Of a stretch of 64,000 nt of DNA, positions 11,260 through 23,903 are shown one piece after another. Numbering within the stretch: the first letter of the stretch is position 1; each line of letters starts with the position of its first letter. The notes beneath the pieces are model-generated. The model worked only from the letters and a program-made list of their open reading frames with translations. It made no database searches and had not been told where the DNA came from. The translations under genes were made by a program, and so were the position numbers. Origin of the DNA: Mobula hypostoma (Eukaryota); contig NC_086097.1 of NCBI RefSeq assembly GCF_963921235.1, positions 236,780,001 through 236,844,000 of the forward strand. Reading direction: 5' to 3'.

Positions 11260-13880
11260 CAGGGGTGCAGTGCTGCCAGACCTCAGCAGAGCACCACTCC
11301 AGCACCTCTGTGGGGGAAAAAAAAGTCAAAATGAACAAGCGGGGAATTTAGCAGCAGCTGCATATTACATAGAGGGAATTTTACGGAAACGGGGGTTGGG
11401 GAGAGGGGGTGGTGGCTGGTGGGGAAAATACCACTAATAATAGGATACTTGATCGTTTTTGGTGAAATCCTGGAGCTGTGACTTTTTTATTTAGGTATTT
11501 GTGAAATTCCTCCTCGCTCGACCCGTTGTCCCAGCATACCTTGCTGTAGCCTTCTGCCATGTCACAGATCCTCAGTCTCTCTCCAGCACTCATTGTTTGA
11601 GCATCGTTCACCGAGAAAATAAAAATCTTAGTTTTTTCAAAAAATGGCATGTCACTTGCCGAAGTGGGCCGTAAGTTCGGTAAGAACGAATCGAGCATTC
11701 GCACAACAAAGCTGAAGAAAGCTGAAATTCGTGGAAGTGTTAGTGCTACCCCTACAACGGCAAAAATTGTCTCTCTGGCTCGTGATAAAGTGCTTGCAAA
11801 GACTGAGAAAGCATTAAATGTGTGGCTAGAGGATATGTCACAGAAGCATATCCCTGTTGATGGAAAAATTATGTGTGAAAAAGCACTTAGCCTCTATGAG
11901 CACTATGGTGAGGGGGTTGAGGAGAGCGAGTGGAAGGAGTTTAAGGATAGTAAGGGATGGCTGGCTAGCTATGTAAAGCGCTACAGCCTCAAGAACTTGA
12001 AGATCACGGGAGAATCAGCATGGCAGATGTACCAAGTATCCTATTATGGAGCTGATCGAAGTACACGCTTGAAGTCTCTCAGAAAAAAGATTGTTGATCA
12101 CAGACTATCAAAAGCACACCCTGCTGCTCTAAGTGTTGAAAATATAGCTAGTGAAGATGCTCTTGGAAAATTATGTGACACCATGAATGCTTCGCATCTA
12201 AAGGCAACTTGTTCAATTTTTTGTTCTGAATATTATTTAGCTCAGAATGACAGACCATACTCTGATCACTTCGTCTCATTGGAACTTCAAAAACAAAATG
12301 GTATTGACATTGGAATTGGACTGCATTCCCACACTAGTACTACAGAGATAATTAATCACATAGCCATTAATATGAAAAAGAAAATTTGCCAGCATATCAA
12401 GCAAATAAATAGCACATGTTCTGTTCTCATTGATGAATCAACAAGCCTGAGCATTAAGACCATCCTAATAGTTTATTTGAAATGTGAAAGTGGAAAGGAT
12501 GGTGATCTCCATTTTATGTTTTTTAGATCTAATTGAACTGCCTGATCAGAAAGTTGCAACTATTGCTAAGCATCTATTGAACTGTCTCAGTAACCATGGG
12601 TTTGACGACTCTTACTTGAAACAGAACCTTGTAGCATTTGCTAGCGACGGGGCGAGCATAATGCTTGGTGTCAAATGTGGTGTTGCTACAATTCTCAAGG
12701 AACATTACCCTAATGTAATAATTTGGCACTGTCTTAATCACAGATTAGAATTTGCAGTAGGTGATTCAGTAGCTAGCTCATTTCGAACTGTTTCATCAAT
12801 GTGGCAAAATTATGAAGCACTGTGTTTTGATTTTGAAAAAGCAATGAGGGATGAAACAAGATCTGGGAGTGTCAGAAAAACCTATGAAGGTCTGTTGAAA
12901 AGACTCTCTTCAGAACAGTTTCTATTGGACTTAGCTCTAATGTATGACACGTTGTATGAACTTGGTTTACTGTCAGAGTGTTTACAGAAACGCACTACTA
13001 CAATTGTTTATGCAGACAAACTGATCCAACGGAGCATAAGATCACTGCATGGAGTGAAAGAGCAACTTGAAAGAACAAAACTCTAGAAGCTCAAGAGGCA
13101 GTTGAAAAGGGGTTTTGGAGAAATTACCTCAACAAGCAACAACAAAATTGTCTCCATTAATTATCTACAGTTTCTTACTAGTCTTATAAACAATTTGCAG
13201 CAACGCATGTTCACGGCAACATCCTTGAAAGGTTTTCAAACTTCTAAACCTCAAAGTATGTATAAATCCCTGCTAAATGAAATGTGTGTCCTTGATAAAG
13301 ATAACTGGCCCGCTGAAATACCACCTAATTATGGAGAAGCTGCAATATCATCTCTCTGTAAGAGGTTTAAACTTTCTTCTTCCTCTGTAATAAATGCCTT
13401 CAGAGATTATATGGAGGATCGTGGACGCCGCGTCCCCAAGATTTACGCCCATTATTAAGCTGTTCACAAGTACTGCTATTAGTACTGCTGAGTGTGAGAG
13501 AGGATTCAGTCACATGAACTTGATAATAACAACAACACTCTCAAGAATTCTCATAAAGCATGTATCAACACTTATGTTTGTTAAACTACACGGACCTCCT
13601 CTAGTTTGGTGGAATCCTGAACCGTATGTCACATCATGGCTGCGATACTACAGATCAGCAGATGACACCAGGACAAGAGTTGCTTCAGACCACCGAACAC
13701 ATATTACACCTGACCCTTTGTGGAAATTATTGTGAAATTTCTCATTGGTGGCATTTGGTAAGTAGATAATTACTTTTAAAATGGTAAAGTACATGATTAC
13801 TGTCATTTTTCTTTACTTGATATTATATTTTATGATAATTAGTGAGTGCAACTGTGTAATACTTTGTCATATTATTATAT
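11260..13880 (+). mobile_element. Chimeric DNA transposon remnant (pogo/Tigger 5' part + hAT body); right end not found
   Basis: Begins CAGGGGTGC where the CR1 stops; contains the transposase pseudogene below. Confidence 0.7.
11649..13735 (+). pseudogene. CENP-B/Tigger HTH domains fused in frame to a KIAA1586/ZNF862-like hAT transposase, with later frameshifts
   Basis: SLAEVGRKFGKNESSIRT and FKDSKGWL..KITGESA (Tigger), then LRKKI..H..SKAH, LIDEST, FASDGASIM, WHCLNHRLE, STAECERGFSHMN (hAT catalytic and dimerisation motifs). Confidence 0.88.
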
Positions 13881-13899
13881 TAAGTATTATGTATTTTAC

Positions 13900-15580
13900 C
13901 ACTATCAAATCTCCCCTTAATCTTCTGTGTTCTAGGGAATAATGTCATAACCTATTCGATCTTTTCCTATAATTCAGGTCCTCCAGATCTGGCAACATCT
14001 TTGTAAATTTTCTTTCAATCTTATTCAAGATTCCCCTATAAGTAGGTGTTTGAAATGCAAAATAATACGCAAAATTAGGCCTCACCAATGTCCTATAAAA
14101 TTTCAACGTAACATTCCAACTCCTGTAATTAATGGATTGATTTATGAAGGCTAATGTGCCAAAGTCTATTTTTACAACCTATTTACCCATGACACCACTT
14201 TCAAAGAATACCAGACCTCTATTCCCAGATCCTTTTTTCTACTGCAATTCTAAGTTCCCTTCTGCTCACACTGTAAGACTACCCTGGCGGGTCCTCCAGA
14301 AATGCAACACCTCACTCTTGTCTGCATCAAATTCTACCTGCCAGTTACTTTAGCCCATTTTTCAAGCTGGTCCAGATCTCGTTGCAAGCCTTAATTTCCT
14401 TCCTCATTGTCCACTGCACTCCCAAACTTGGTGTCCTCTTTTTTTCATAACTAGGACTTCAAAAACTCTCAAAAAACCAAGTAATATAAACCTGTTATAC
14501 TTGCCTTTTATTCTGACAGGAACATACAAACTCTGTACTCTCAAAATTTCACTTTTGAAAGCCTTCCACTTACCAAGTACACCCTTCCTAGAAAACAACC
14601 TATCCCAAATGACACTTGCCAGATCTTTTCTGAGACCATCAAAATTGTCCTTTCTCCAGTTTTGAATTTCAACCCAAAGATCAGACCTATCCTTTGCCAT
14701 AATTACCTTGAAACTAAAAGCATTAAGATTACGAAATGCAAAGTGTTCCCCTTCACAAACTTGGGTCACTTGTCCTGTCTCATTCCCTAATAGGACATGC
14801 AGTATCACACTCTCTCTACATGTTGATTTAGGAAACTTCCCTGAACACATTTAACAAACCCTTTCCTATCCAGTGTTTTTCCAGTATAGGAGTCCCAGTC
14901 AATAGGTGGACAGCTAAAATCACCTACTGTCACAACCTTATGTTTCTTGCAACAGTCTGGAATGGATCTACAAATTTGCTCCTCTAAATCCTGCAGTTTG
15001 TTGACTGGACTATTAATAATCCCATTCATGTGACCATACCTTTCCTGATCCTCAGTTCTACCCACAAATCCTCACTAGACCAGCTCTTTAGTCTGTTCTG
15101 ACTGAACTATGCCGTGACAGTAATGCTACCCCTCCCCTTTAATCCCTCCTGTTCTGTCATGTCTAAAACACTGGAAAACTGGAATATTGAGCTGCTAGTC
15201 CTGCCCTTCCTGCAACCAAGTCTCACTAATGGTTACAATGTCATATTTCCACATGCTGGTTCATACCCTCAGCTCATCCGCCTTTTCTACAATACTCCTT
15301 GCACTGAAATATACTCAGCTCAGAACAGTTTGATTCCTGACCTTGTATGTAGGCTTAACAACATCTGCCTTCACAATCACTCCACTACCTGCTCTGGTGC
15401 TCTGATTCCCACCTTGTTTAAACCCTACCATGCAGAACTAGTAAAACTTCCAACTGGGATATTAGTTTCCTTCCAATTCAGATGTACCCTACCCCTTCTG
15501 TACAGGTTCCACCTTCCCTGGAAGAGACCCCAATGATCATACAATCTGAAGCCTTCCCTCATGCATCAACTCCTTAGCCA
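13900..15580 (-). mobile_element. Degenerate CR1 fragments (RT end, endonuclease, ORF1 end)
   Basis: VVTVGDFSCPPIDWD, KCVQGSFLNQHV peptides. Confidence 0.85.
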
Positions 15581-15881
15581 CTTGTTGGCCATCAAGAATT
15601 TAAAATATGGAAGAAACCATTGAACTAGAATCGGTCAAGAGCAGTGGAAACAGACAAACCAATTGCCTTTGTTCTTGTCATGTGCTTGAAGAAATGGAGG
15701 CTGCCATTTTGTGAAGTTGCTCTGTAACCTCCAACTTGTGAACTGTTTGAGAACTGATTCTTGCTCTGGGATAGAGCAATTGAACATGGACACAAGGAGT
15801 TTCTGCTATTGACCTGCTAAACCTGAGATCATTCTCAGATAAACTGTGTATTGTGTGCAGTGGCAGATTTGCAGAAGTAAA

Positions 15882-16114
15882 TCACAAACATGAGAAAATC
15901 TACAGATATTGGAAATCTTGAGCAACACACACAAAATTCTGGAGGAACTCGGCAGATCTGGCAACGTCTTTGGAAAAGAGTAAGCAGTCGTCAATTTGGG
16001 CCAGGACCCCTCTTCAAGTCCTGAAGAAGGTTTTCAGTCTGAAATGTCTAATTTACACTTTTCTATAGCTGCTGCCTGATCTGCTCAGTTCCTCCAGCAA
16101 TTTGTGTGTGTTGC
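15882..16114. mobile_element. Fold-back mini-element made of two head-to-head Penelope pLTR ends
   Basis: Arms ...gcaacacacacaaaattctggaggaactc / gttcctccagcaatttgtgtgtgttgc; centre at ~16016 between two decayed hammerhead motifs; candidate TSD TTTGCAG(AA/GG)GTAAA at 15868-15881 and 16115-16128. Confidence 0.8.
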
Positions 16115-16599
16115 TTTGCAGGGGTAAACTCATTATCTTGGCCCAGTATTTGAGTGACCTGATTTGCCTGGTTTGAACAAAAGAAGTTGTGCACTCCAAT
16201 GGGAAGGTGTTATAAATTAGATGACCCTTAGCCAATAACACTGAAATGTAACATATGAACTGGTAAGGAGTGAATATAAAAGCAGGGGCTTCGAATGCAA
16301 AGTAACAACAATTCCGGAGATTAACCATCACAAGGAAGAACACCCTTGCCAGGGGTTGGGAGAGGAAGCATTGATTATCTGGCCAATGGGAAATCCTCTG
16401 TTTCCATGTTATATATGGGAGAAATTGTCCGAGTAAGTATTGGTAGAAAGGGAACAGTAGAATTCATGTCCTAAGTTGCTGATCTGGGTCAACAGAGTTA
16501 AATTGTTGTTTGTGCAAAGGCAATAAAGTGCAAGTTTCAATTAATTAAGTGCTGCGTAGTGAATTTCCTGATCTAGTTCGATTGATGAATGGTCAATAC

Positions 16600-18170
16600 A
16601 TGTGCTACAGTGTATGATCTTCCTATTTATCGCCTCACTAGCACCTGACATGGGTAGCAATCCTGAGATCACAACCCTGGAGGTCCTGTACTTCAGATTA
16701 GCATTTAACTCCCTGAACTCACTCTGCAGGACCTCATCACCCATCCAACCTATGTCATTGGACCTGACGTTGACCACAGCATCTGGGAACTCACCCTCCC
16801 ACTTAAGAATGCTGTAGACTTAATACAAGATGTCCGAGATCCTGGCATCCAGGAGGCAGCAAACCATTCTCATTCTCATCCACAGAACTTTCTTTCTGTT
16901 CCCCTAATCAACAAATCCCCTGTCACTACAGCTCGTTCCTTCAGAGCCTCGGAGCCAGACTCAGTGCCAGAGACCTGGCTGCTGTGGCTTTTCTCTGCTA
17001 TATAACCATATAACAATTATAGCACATCTCGGCCCTTCTAGTCCGTGCCGTACGCTTACTCTCACCTAGTCCCACTGATCTGCACTCAGCCCATAACCCT
17101 CCATTCCTTTCCTGTCCATATACCTATCCAATTTTTCTTTAAATGACAATATCAAACCTGCCTCTACCACTTCTACTGGAAGCTCGTTCCACCACAGCCA
17201 CCGCTCTCTGAGTAAAGAAGTTCCCCCTCATGTTACCCCTAAATTTTTGCCCCCTAACTCTCAATTCATGTCCTCTTCTTTGAATTTCCCCTACTCTCAA
17301 TGGAAAAAGCCTATCCATGTCAACTCTATCTATCCCCCTCATAATTTTAAATACCTCTATCAAGTCCCCCCCATCAACCTTCTACGCTCCAAAGAATAAA
17401 GACCTAACTTGTTCAACCTTTCTCTGTATCTCAGGCGCTGAAACCCAGGTAACATTCAAGTAAATCTTCTCCATACTCTCTATTTTGTTGACATCTTTCC
17501 TATAACTCATTGACCAGAACTGTACACAATACTCCAAATTTGGCCTTACCAATGCCTTGTACAATTCTAACATACATTCCAAATCCTATACTCAATGCTC
17601 TGATTTATAAAGGCCAGCATACCAAAAGCTTTCTTCACCACACTACCCACATGAGCTTCCACCTTCAGGGAACTATGCACCATTATTTCCAGATCCCTCT
17701 GTTCTACTGCATTCCTCAATGCCCTACCATTTACCATGTATGTCCTATTTTGATTAGTCCTACCAAAATGTGGCACCTCACACTTATCAGCATTAAACTC
17801 CATCTGCCATCTTTCAGCCCACTCTTCTAACTGGCCTAAGTCTCTCTGCAAGCTTTAAAAACCTGCTAGGTCATTCCTCCCAACAGTATCCAAAGCAGTA
17901 TACTTCTTGTTGAGGGGAAAGGCCACAGAGGTACTCTGCACTGGCTCCGCTCCTGATCTGTGTCCTGCAGGTTGGGTGCAAATGTATGTCCTGTTTATCA
18001 ATACCTCAGCCTCTCAAATGATCTGGAGTTCATCCAGTTCCAGCTCCAACTCCTTAACATGGATGCACTTCTTGTAGGTGTAGCCATCAGGGACACTGGA
18101 GGTCTTCCTGCCTTCCCATATCCTGCAAGGGATGCATTCCACTATCCTGTCTGGCATACCCACTGCTCTA
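16600..18170 (-). mobile_element. Old CR1 ORF1 remnant, split by a younger CR1
   Basis: RTSRVVISGLLP peptide homologous to ORF1 at 50479-51150. Confidence 0.75.
17001..17862 (-). mobile_element. 5'-truncated CR1
   Basis: LQRDL..WAERWQMEFN peptide, CR1 3' UTR; TSD CTGCTA (16995-17000, 17863-17868). Confidence 0.9.
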
Positions 18171-18929
18171 AATGTACAACAAGAAAGAAAGAATAAATAT
18201 CAAAAAAAGCCAAATCCTACGCCTCACCTCACCAAAGCCTTGATGAACCAAAGCCTCATCTCCCTACTCCCACACTGGTCCACTCACACAATGGCCACTG
18301 CACTTAAAATCAACTTCTTTTTATTGACCCTTGCCAAGTACCTAATTATGCACAATCTGATGTCTCCTCGGCGACTGAGATGCTCCAAATGTGCCGACTG
18401 CCCCCACTTGACTCATTTAAACTCTCTCTCCCTCTGCAGAACCCGATATCTCCTTGGGACTGTGGTGCACAAAAGTTCTTTCCTGCTGATTAGTGATGTT
18501 CTGCACCCCACCATTCTCCTTGTATCATGGGCACAAAGTCTATAATACCTACACACAGTCACGGTATTGATGGATTGTGTATGAAAGTTAATGACACTTA
18601 AGTTACAGAGGTCAGGGCAGACTTTCCTCATTGGTTAGCATCAGGCATAGCCAACTCTATTTGAATATAGTGGCTGCTTTCAATAGTGGAAGAGTCTAGG
18701 ACTCTGCTGAAGTCCATTGGGGGAAACACAGACTTCTTTAGGTTTTGCAGCTCCTAGACAAGGAAATCTGCCTCTGGGTTTGTATTAAGTTAGCTTTCCT
18801 GTGTGATTACTCGCCTCACTTCATTTAATGGGAAGAATAGAAATCCATATAAGGGTTTTATGACATTTTTATTTGACATGTGATTTAAATGCAATTAATT
18901 CTTTTAACTAAGTCGGACTGTCTTAGAGT

Positions 18930-19440
18930 GATATGCCTTTGACCCAACAGGTCCATGCCGGATGCATTCTCTCTGCTAGTCCCAATGTCCACATTTGGCC
19001 CATAACCTGCCAAGCTTCCCTCCACCATGTACCTGTCCAAATGCCCCTTAAATATTGCAATTGCATCTGCCTTAACTACTTCCTCTAGCAACTCACTCCA
19101 GGTACTCACTACCTGCTGTGTCATGAAGTCACCTCTCGGGTCACATCTTATCTGGTATCCGTGCTCTCTTGTTCTCAACTCCCTATCACTGGGGAAAATG
19201 ACGATACCCATCCACCTTATCCATATCCCTCACAGTTTTATATATTTCTGTGATGTCACTCCTCAATCTCCTGCGCTCCAGAGAATAAAGATCCAGCACA
19301 GTCAACCTCTCCCTATAACTTACGTCCTCTAGTCCAGTCAGCATCCTTGTAAATCTCTTCTGTAACTTCTCCAGCTTGACAATGTCTTTCGTATAAGAGG
19401 GTGACCAAAATTGGACACAATATTCCAAGTGCAGTCTCAG
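18930..19440 (-). mobile_element. Degenerate CR1 3' fragment
   Basis: EYCVQFWSP..LERRRLR peptide. Confidence 0.85.
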
Positions 19441-19499
19441 AAATAACTAAAACAATCAAAGTGCTGGAGAGGTATTTCCTCCTCTATTTCTTATTGTGG

Positions 19500-19630
19500 C
19501 TTCAGCCTCAATCCTTTTCAACCCTGATGAATGTTATTGGCCCAAAGCATCCACAGTTTATTACCCTCCATAGATGCTGCCTAACTTGCTGAGTACCTTC
19601 AGCATTTTGTGTGTGATGCTCAAGATCTCT
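19500..19630 (+). mobile_element. Degenerate Penelope pLTR fragment
   Basis: ctgatgaa..tagatgctgcctaacttgctgagtaccttcagcattttgtgtgtg. Confidence 0.7.
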
Positions 19631-20395
19631 TTGCAATTCACTGTAACCTGCTTCACTATAAATAAAAACCATTAATTCAGTACAATCAGCAGACTTCTAA
19701 CCCTAAATCATTTATATAAATCGTGATAATGAAGGTCTCATCAGTGACTTATGGGGCACCCCACTAGATACCGGCATCCAGTCATTGGATCGACCTTCAA
19801 CCATCACGTACTGCTTCATAACAACAAGCCAATTCTGAGTCTATATTGCTAGTTCCCCCTCAATCCCGAGCCACCTAACCTTCCAGACCAATCTTCCATG
19901 TGGGACCTTATCACAGGCCTTACTAAACTACATATAGAAACCATTTGCTACCCTACTTATACCCTTTGTTACCTCTTGGAAAACTGGAAAGTTTCATTGG
20001 ACATCACCTCCCACACAATACTCCCAATCAAGCCTTGACTATCGAAATGAAGGAAGATCTTATCCTTCAGCATTCCCTCCAAGTAACATCCCTACAATTG
20101 AAGGCAGGTTCACGCTAACCTTCTTGAAAAATGGAATAACTTTAGCCAGCCTCCAGTCCATAAGACCGTAAGTGATAAGATAAGAATTAGGCCACTCAGC
20201 CAATCTGAATCCGAGTCTGCTCCAACATCATCATGGCAGATCCATTTTCCCTCTCAACCCCATTCTCCTACCTTTACTTTATACTTTATTGTCGCCAAAC
20301 AATTGGTACTAGAACGTACAATCATCACAGTGATATTTGATTCTGCGCTTCACACTCCCTGGAATAATCAAAGTATTGAGTATAAGAGCTGGAAT

Positions 20396-22878
20396 AGAAC
20401 CATAGAAACCATAGAAACTACAGCCCAGAAACAGGCCTTTTGGCCCTTCTTGGCTGTGCCGAACCATTTTCTGCCTAGTCCCACTGACCTGCACACGGAC
20501 CATATCCCTCCATACACCTCCCATCCATGTATCTGTCCAATTTATTCCTAAATGTTAAAAAAGAACCCGCACTTACCACCTCGTCTGGCAGCTCATTCCA
20601 TACTCCCATCACTCTCTGTGTGAAGAAGCCCCGCCTAATGTTCCCTTTAAACTTTTCCCCCCTCACCCTTAACCCATGTCCTCTGGTTTTTTTCTCCCCT
20701 TGCCTCAGTGGAAAAAGCCTGCTTGCATTCACTCTATCTATACCCATCATAATTTTATATACCTCTGTCAAATCTCCCCTCATTCTTCTACGCTCCAGGG
20801 AATAAAGTCCTAACCTTCTCTGTAACTGAGTTTCTCAAGTCCCGGCAACATCCTTGTAAACCTTCTCTGCACTCTTTCAACCTTATTTATATCCTTCCTG
20901 TAATTTGGTGACCAAAACTGAACACAATACTCCAGATTCGGCCTCACCAATGCCTTATACAACCTCATCATAACATTCCAGCTCTTATACTCAATACTTT
21001 GATTAATAAAGGCCAATGTACATAAAGCTCTCTTTACGACCCTACCTACCTGTGACGCCACTTTTAGGGAATTTTGTATCTGTATTCCCAGATCTCTCTG
21101 TTCCACTGCACTCCTCAGTGTCTTACCATTAACCCTGTATGTTCTACCTCCGTTTGTCCTTCCAACGTGCAATACCTCACACTTGTCTGTATTAAACTCC
21201 ATCTGCCATTTTTCAGCCCATTTTTCCAGCTGGTCCAAGTCCCTCTGCAGGCTCTGAAAACCTTCCTCATTATCTACTACACCTCCAATCTTTGTATCAT
21301 CAGCAAATTTGCTGATCCAATTTACCACATTATCTTCCAGATCATTGATATAGATGACAAATAACAATGGACCCAGCACTGATCCCTGTGGCACACCACT
21401 AGTCACAGGCCTCCACTCAAAGAAGCAATTCTCTACCACCACTCTTTGGCTTCTTCCATTGAGCCAATGTCTAATCCAATTTACCACCTCTCCATGTATA
21501 CCTAGCGACTGAATTTTCCTAACTAACCTCCCATGCGGGACCTTGTCAAAGGCCTTACTGAAGTCCATGTAGACAATATCCACTGCCTTCCCTTCATCCA
21601 CTTTCCTGGTAACCTCCTCAAAAAACTCCAATAGATTGGTCAAACATGACCTACCATGCACAAAGCCATGTTGACTCTCCCTAATAAGCGCCTGTCTATC
21701 CAAATGCTTGTAGATTCTGTCTCTTAGTACTCCCTCCAATAACTTACCTACTACCGACGTTAAACTTACTGGCCTATAATTTCCCGGATTACTTTTCGAT
21801 CCTTTTTTTAAACAACGGAACAACATGAGCCACTCTCCAATCCTCCGGCACCTCACCTGTAGACAGCGACATTTTAAATATTTCTGCCAGGGCCCCTGCA
21901 ATTTCAACACTAGTCTCCTTCAAGGTCCGAGGGAACACCCTGTCAGGTCCCGGGTATTTATCCACTTTAATTTTCCTCAAGACAGCAAGGACCTCCTCCT
22001 TTTCGATCTGTACAGTTTCCATGATCTCACTACTTGTTTCCCTTAATTCCATAGACTTCATGCCAGTTTCCCTAGTAAATACAGACGCAAAAAACCTATT
22101 TAAGATCTCCCCCATTTCCTTTGGTTCCGCACATAGCCGACCACTCTGATCTTCAAGAGGACCAATTTTATCCCTTACAATCCTTTTGCTCTTAATATAC
22201 CTGTAAAAGCTCTTTGGATTATCCTTCTCTTTGACTGCCAAGGCAACCTTATGTCTTTTAGCCCTCCTGATTTCTTTCTTAAGTATTTTCTTGCACTTCT
22301 TATACTCCTCAAGCACCTTATTTACTCCCTGCTTCCTATACATGTCATACAACTCCCTCTTCTTCTTTATCAGAGTTGCAATATCCCTTAAGAACCAAGG
22401 TTCCTTATTCCTACTCACTTTGCCTTTAATCCTGACAGGAACATACAAATTCTGCACTCTCAAAATTTCTCCTTTGAAGGCTTCCCACCTACTGATCACA
22501 TCCTTGCCAGAGAACAACCTGTCCCAATCCACGCTTTTTAGATCCTTTCTCATTTCTTCAAATTTGGCCTTCTTCCAGTTCAGAACCTCAACCCTAGGAC
22601 CAGATCTATCCTTGTCCATGATCAAGTTGAAACTAATGGTCTTATAATCACTGGAACCAAAGTGCTCCCCTACACAGACTTCAGTCACTTGTCCTAACTC
22701 GTTTCCCAACAGGAGATCCAATATTGCATCCCCTCTAGTTGGTCCCTCTATATATTGATTTAGAAAACTTTCCTGAACACATTTTACAAACTCTGAACCA
22801 TATAGACCCCTAACAGTATGGGAGTCCCAATCAATATATGGAAAATTAAAATCCCCTACCACCACAACCACCACCACA
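20396..22878 (-). mobile_element. Young CR1 copy A (EN C-terminal part + RT), 5'-truncated
   Basis: ORFs 21789..22877 and 20810..21910; tail at 20396; interrupts a + strand CR1 fragment with AAT repeated at both ends. Confidence 0.95.
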
Positions 22879-23903
22879 ATGTTATGATGAGGTTGTATAA
22901 GGCATTGTTGAGGCCAAATCTAGAGTATTGTGTTCAGTTTTGGTCACCAAATTGGATCAGCAAGTTTGCTGATGATACATAGATTGGAGGTGTAGTAGAC
23001 AGTGAGGAAGGTTTTCAGAGCCTGCAGAGGGACTTGGACCAGCTGGAAAAATGGGCTGAAAAATGGCAGATGGAGTTTAATACTGACAAGTGTGAGGTAT
23101 TGCACGTTGGAAGGACAAATCGACGTAGAACATACAGGGTTAATGGTAAGGCACTGAGGAGTGCAGTGGAACAGAGGGATCTGGGAATACAGATACAAAA
23201 TTCCCTAAAAGTGTCGTCACAGGTAGATAGGGTTGTAAAGAGAGCTTTTGGTACATTGGCCTTTATTAATCGTAGTATTAGAGTAAGAGCTGGAATGTTA
23301 TGATGAGGTTGTATAAGGCATTGGTGAGGCCGAATCTGGAGTATTGTGTTCAGTTTTGGTCACCAAATTACAGGAAGGATATAAATAAGGTTGAAAGAGT
23401 GCAGAGAAGGTTTACAAGGATGTTGCCGGGACTTGAGAAACTCAGTTACAGAGAAGGTTAGGACTTTATTCCCTGGAGCGTAGAAGAATGAGGGGAGATT
23501 TGATAGAGGTATATAAAATTATGATGGGTATAGATAGAGTGAATGCAAGCAGGCTTTTTCCACTGAGGCAAGGGGAGAAAAAAACCAGAGGACATGGGTT
23601 AAGGGTGAGGGGGGAAAATGGGTTCAGGGTGAGGGGGGAAATGTTTAAAGGGAAGATTAGGGGGGCTTCTTCACACAGAGAGTTGTGGGAGTATGGAATA
23701 AACTGCCAGACGAGGTGGTAAATGCGAGTTCTTTTTTAACTTTTAAGAATAAATTGGACAGATACATGGATGAGAGGTGTATGGAGGGATATGGTCTGTG
23801 TGCAGGTCAGTGGAACTAGGCAGAAAATGGTTCGGCACAGCCAAGAAGGGCCAAAAGGCCTGTTTTCTATACTGTAGTTTTTCTATGGTTTCTATGGTTT
23901 CTA
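22879..23903 (+). mobile_element. Young CR1 copy B, 5'-truncated, with a rearranged 5' piece
   Basis: RT C-terminus and 3' UTR, (TTTCTATGG)n tail; internal 21-nt tandem duplication near 23596-23640. Confidence 0.95.

Noticed and set aside
16208..16539. TG..CA segment with AATAAA as a solo LTR
   Set aside because: No TSD and no second copy in the window.
22859..22878. MVVVVVV N-terminus as a signal or membrane segment
   Set aside because: It is an ACC slippage filler at a 5' truncation junction.
20396..23903. CR1 A/B as a single two-headed insertion like Penelope D/E
   Set aside because: A interrupts a pre-existing + strand CR1 piece (AAT at both ends), so nesting explains it.
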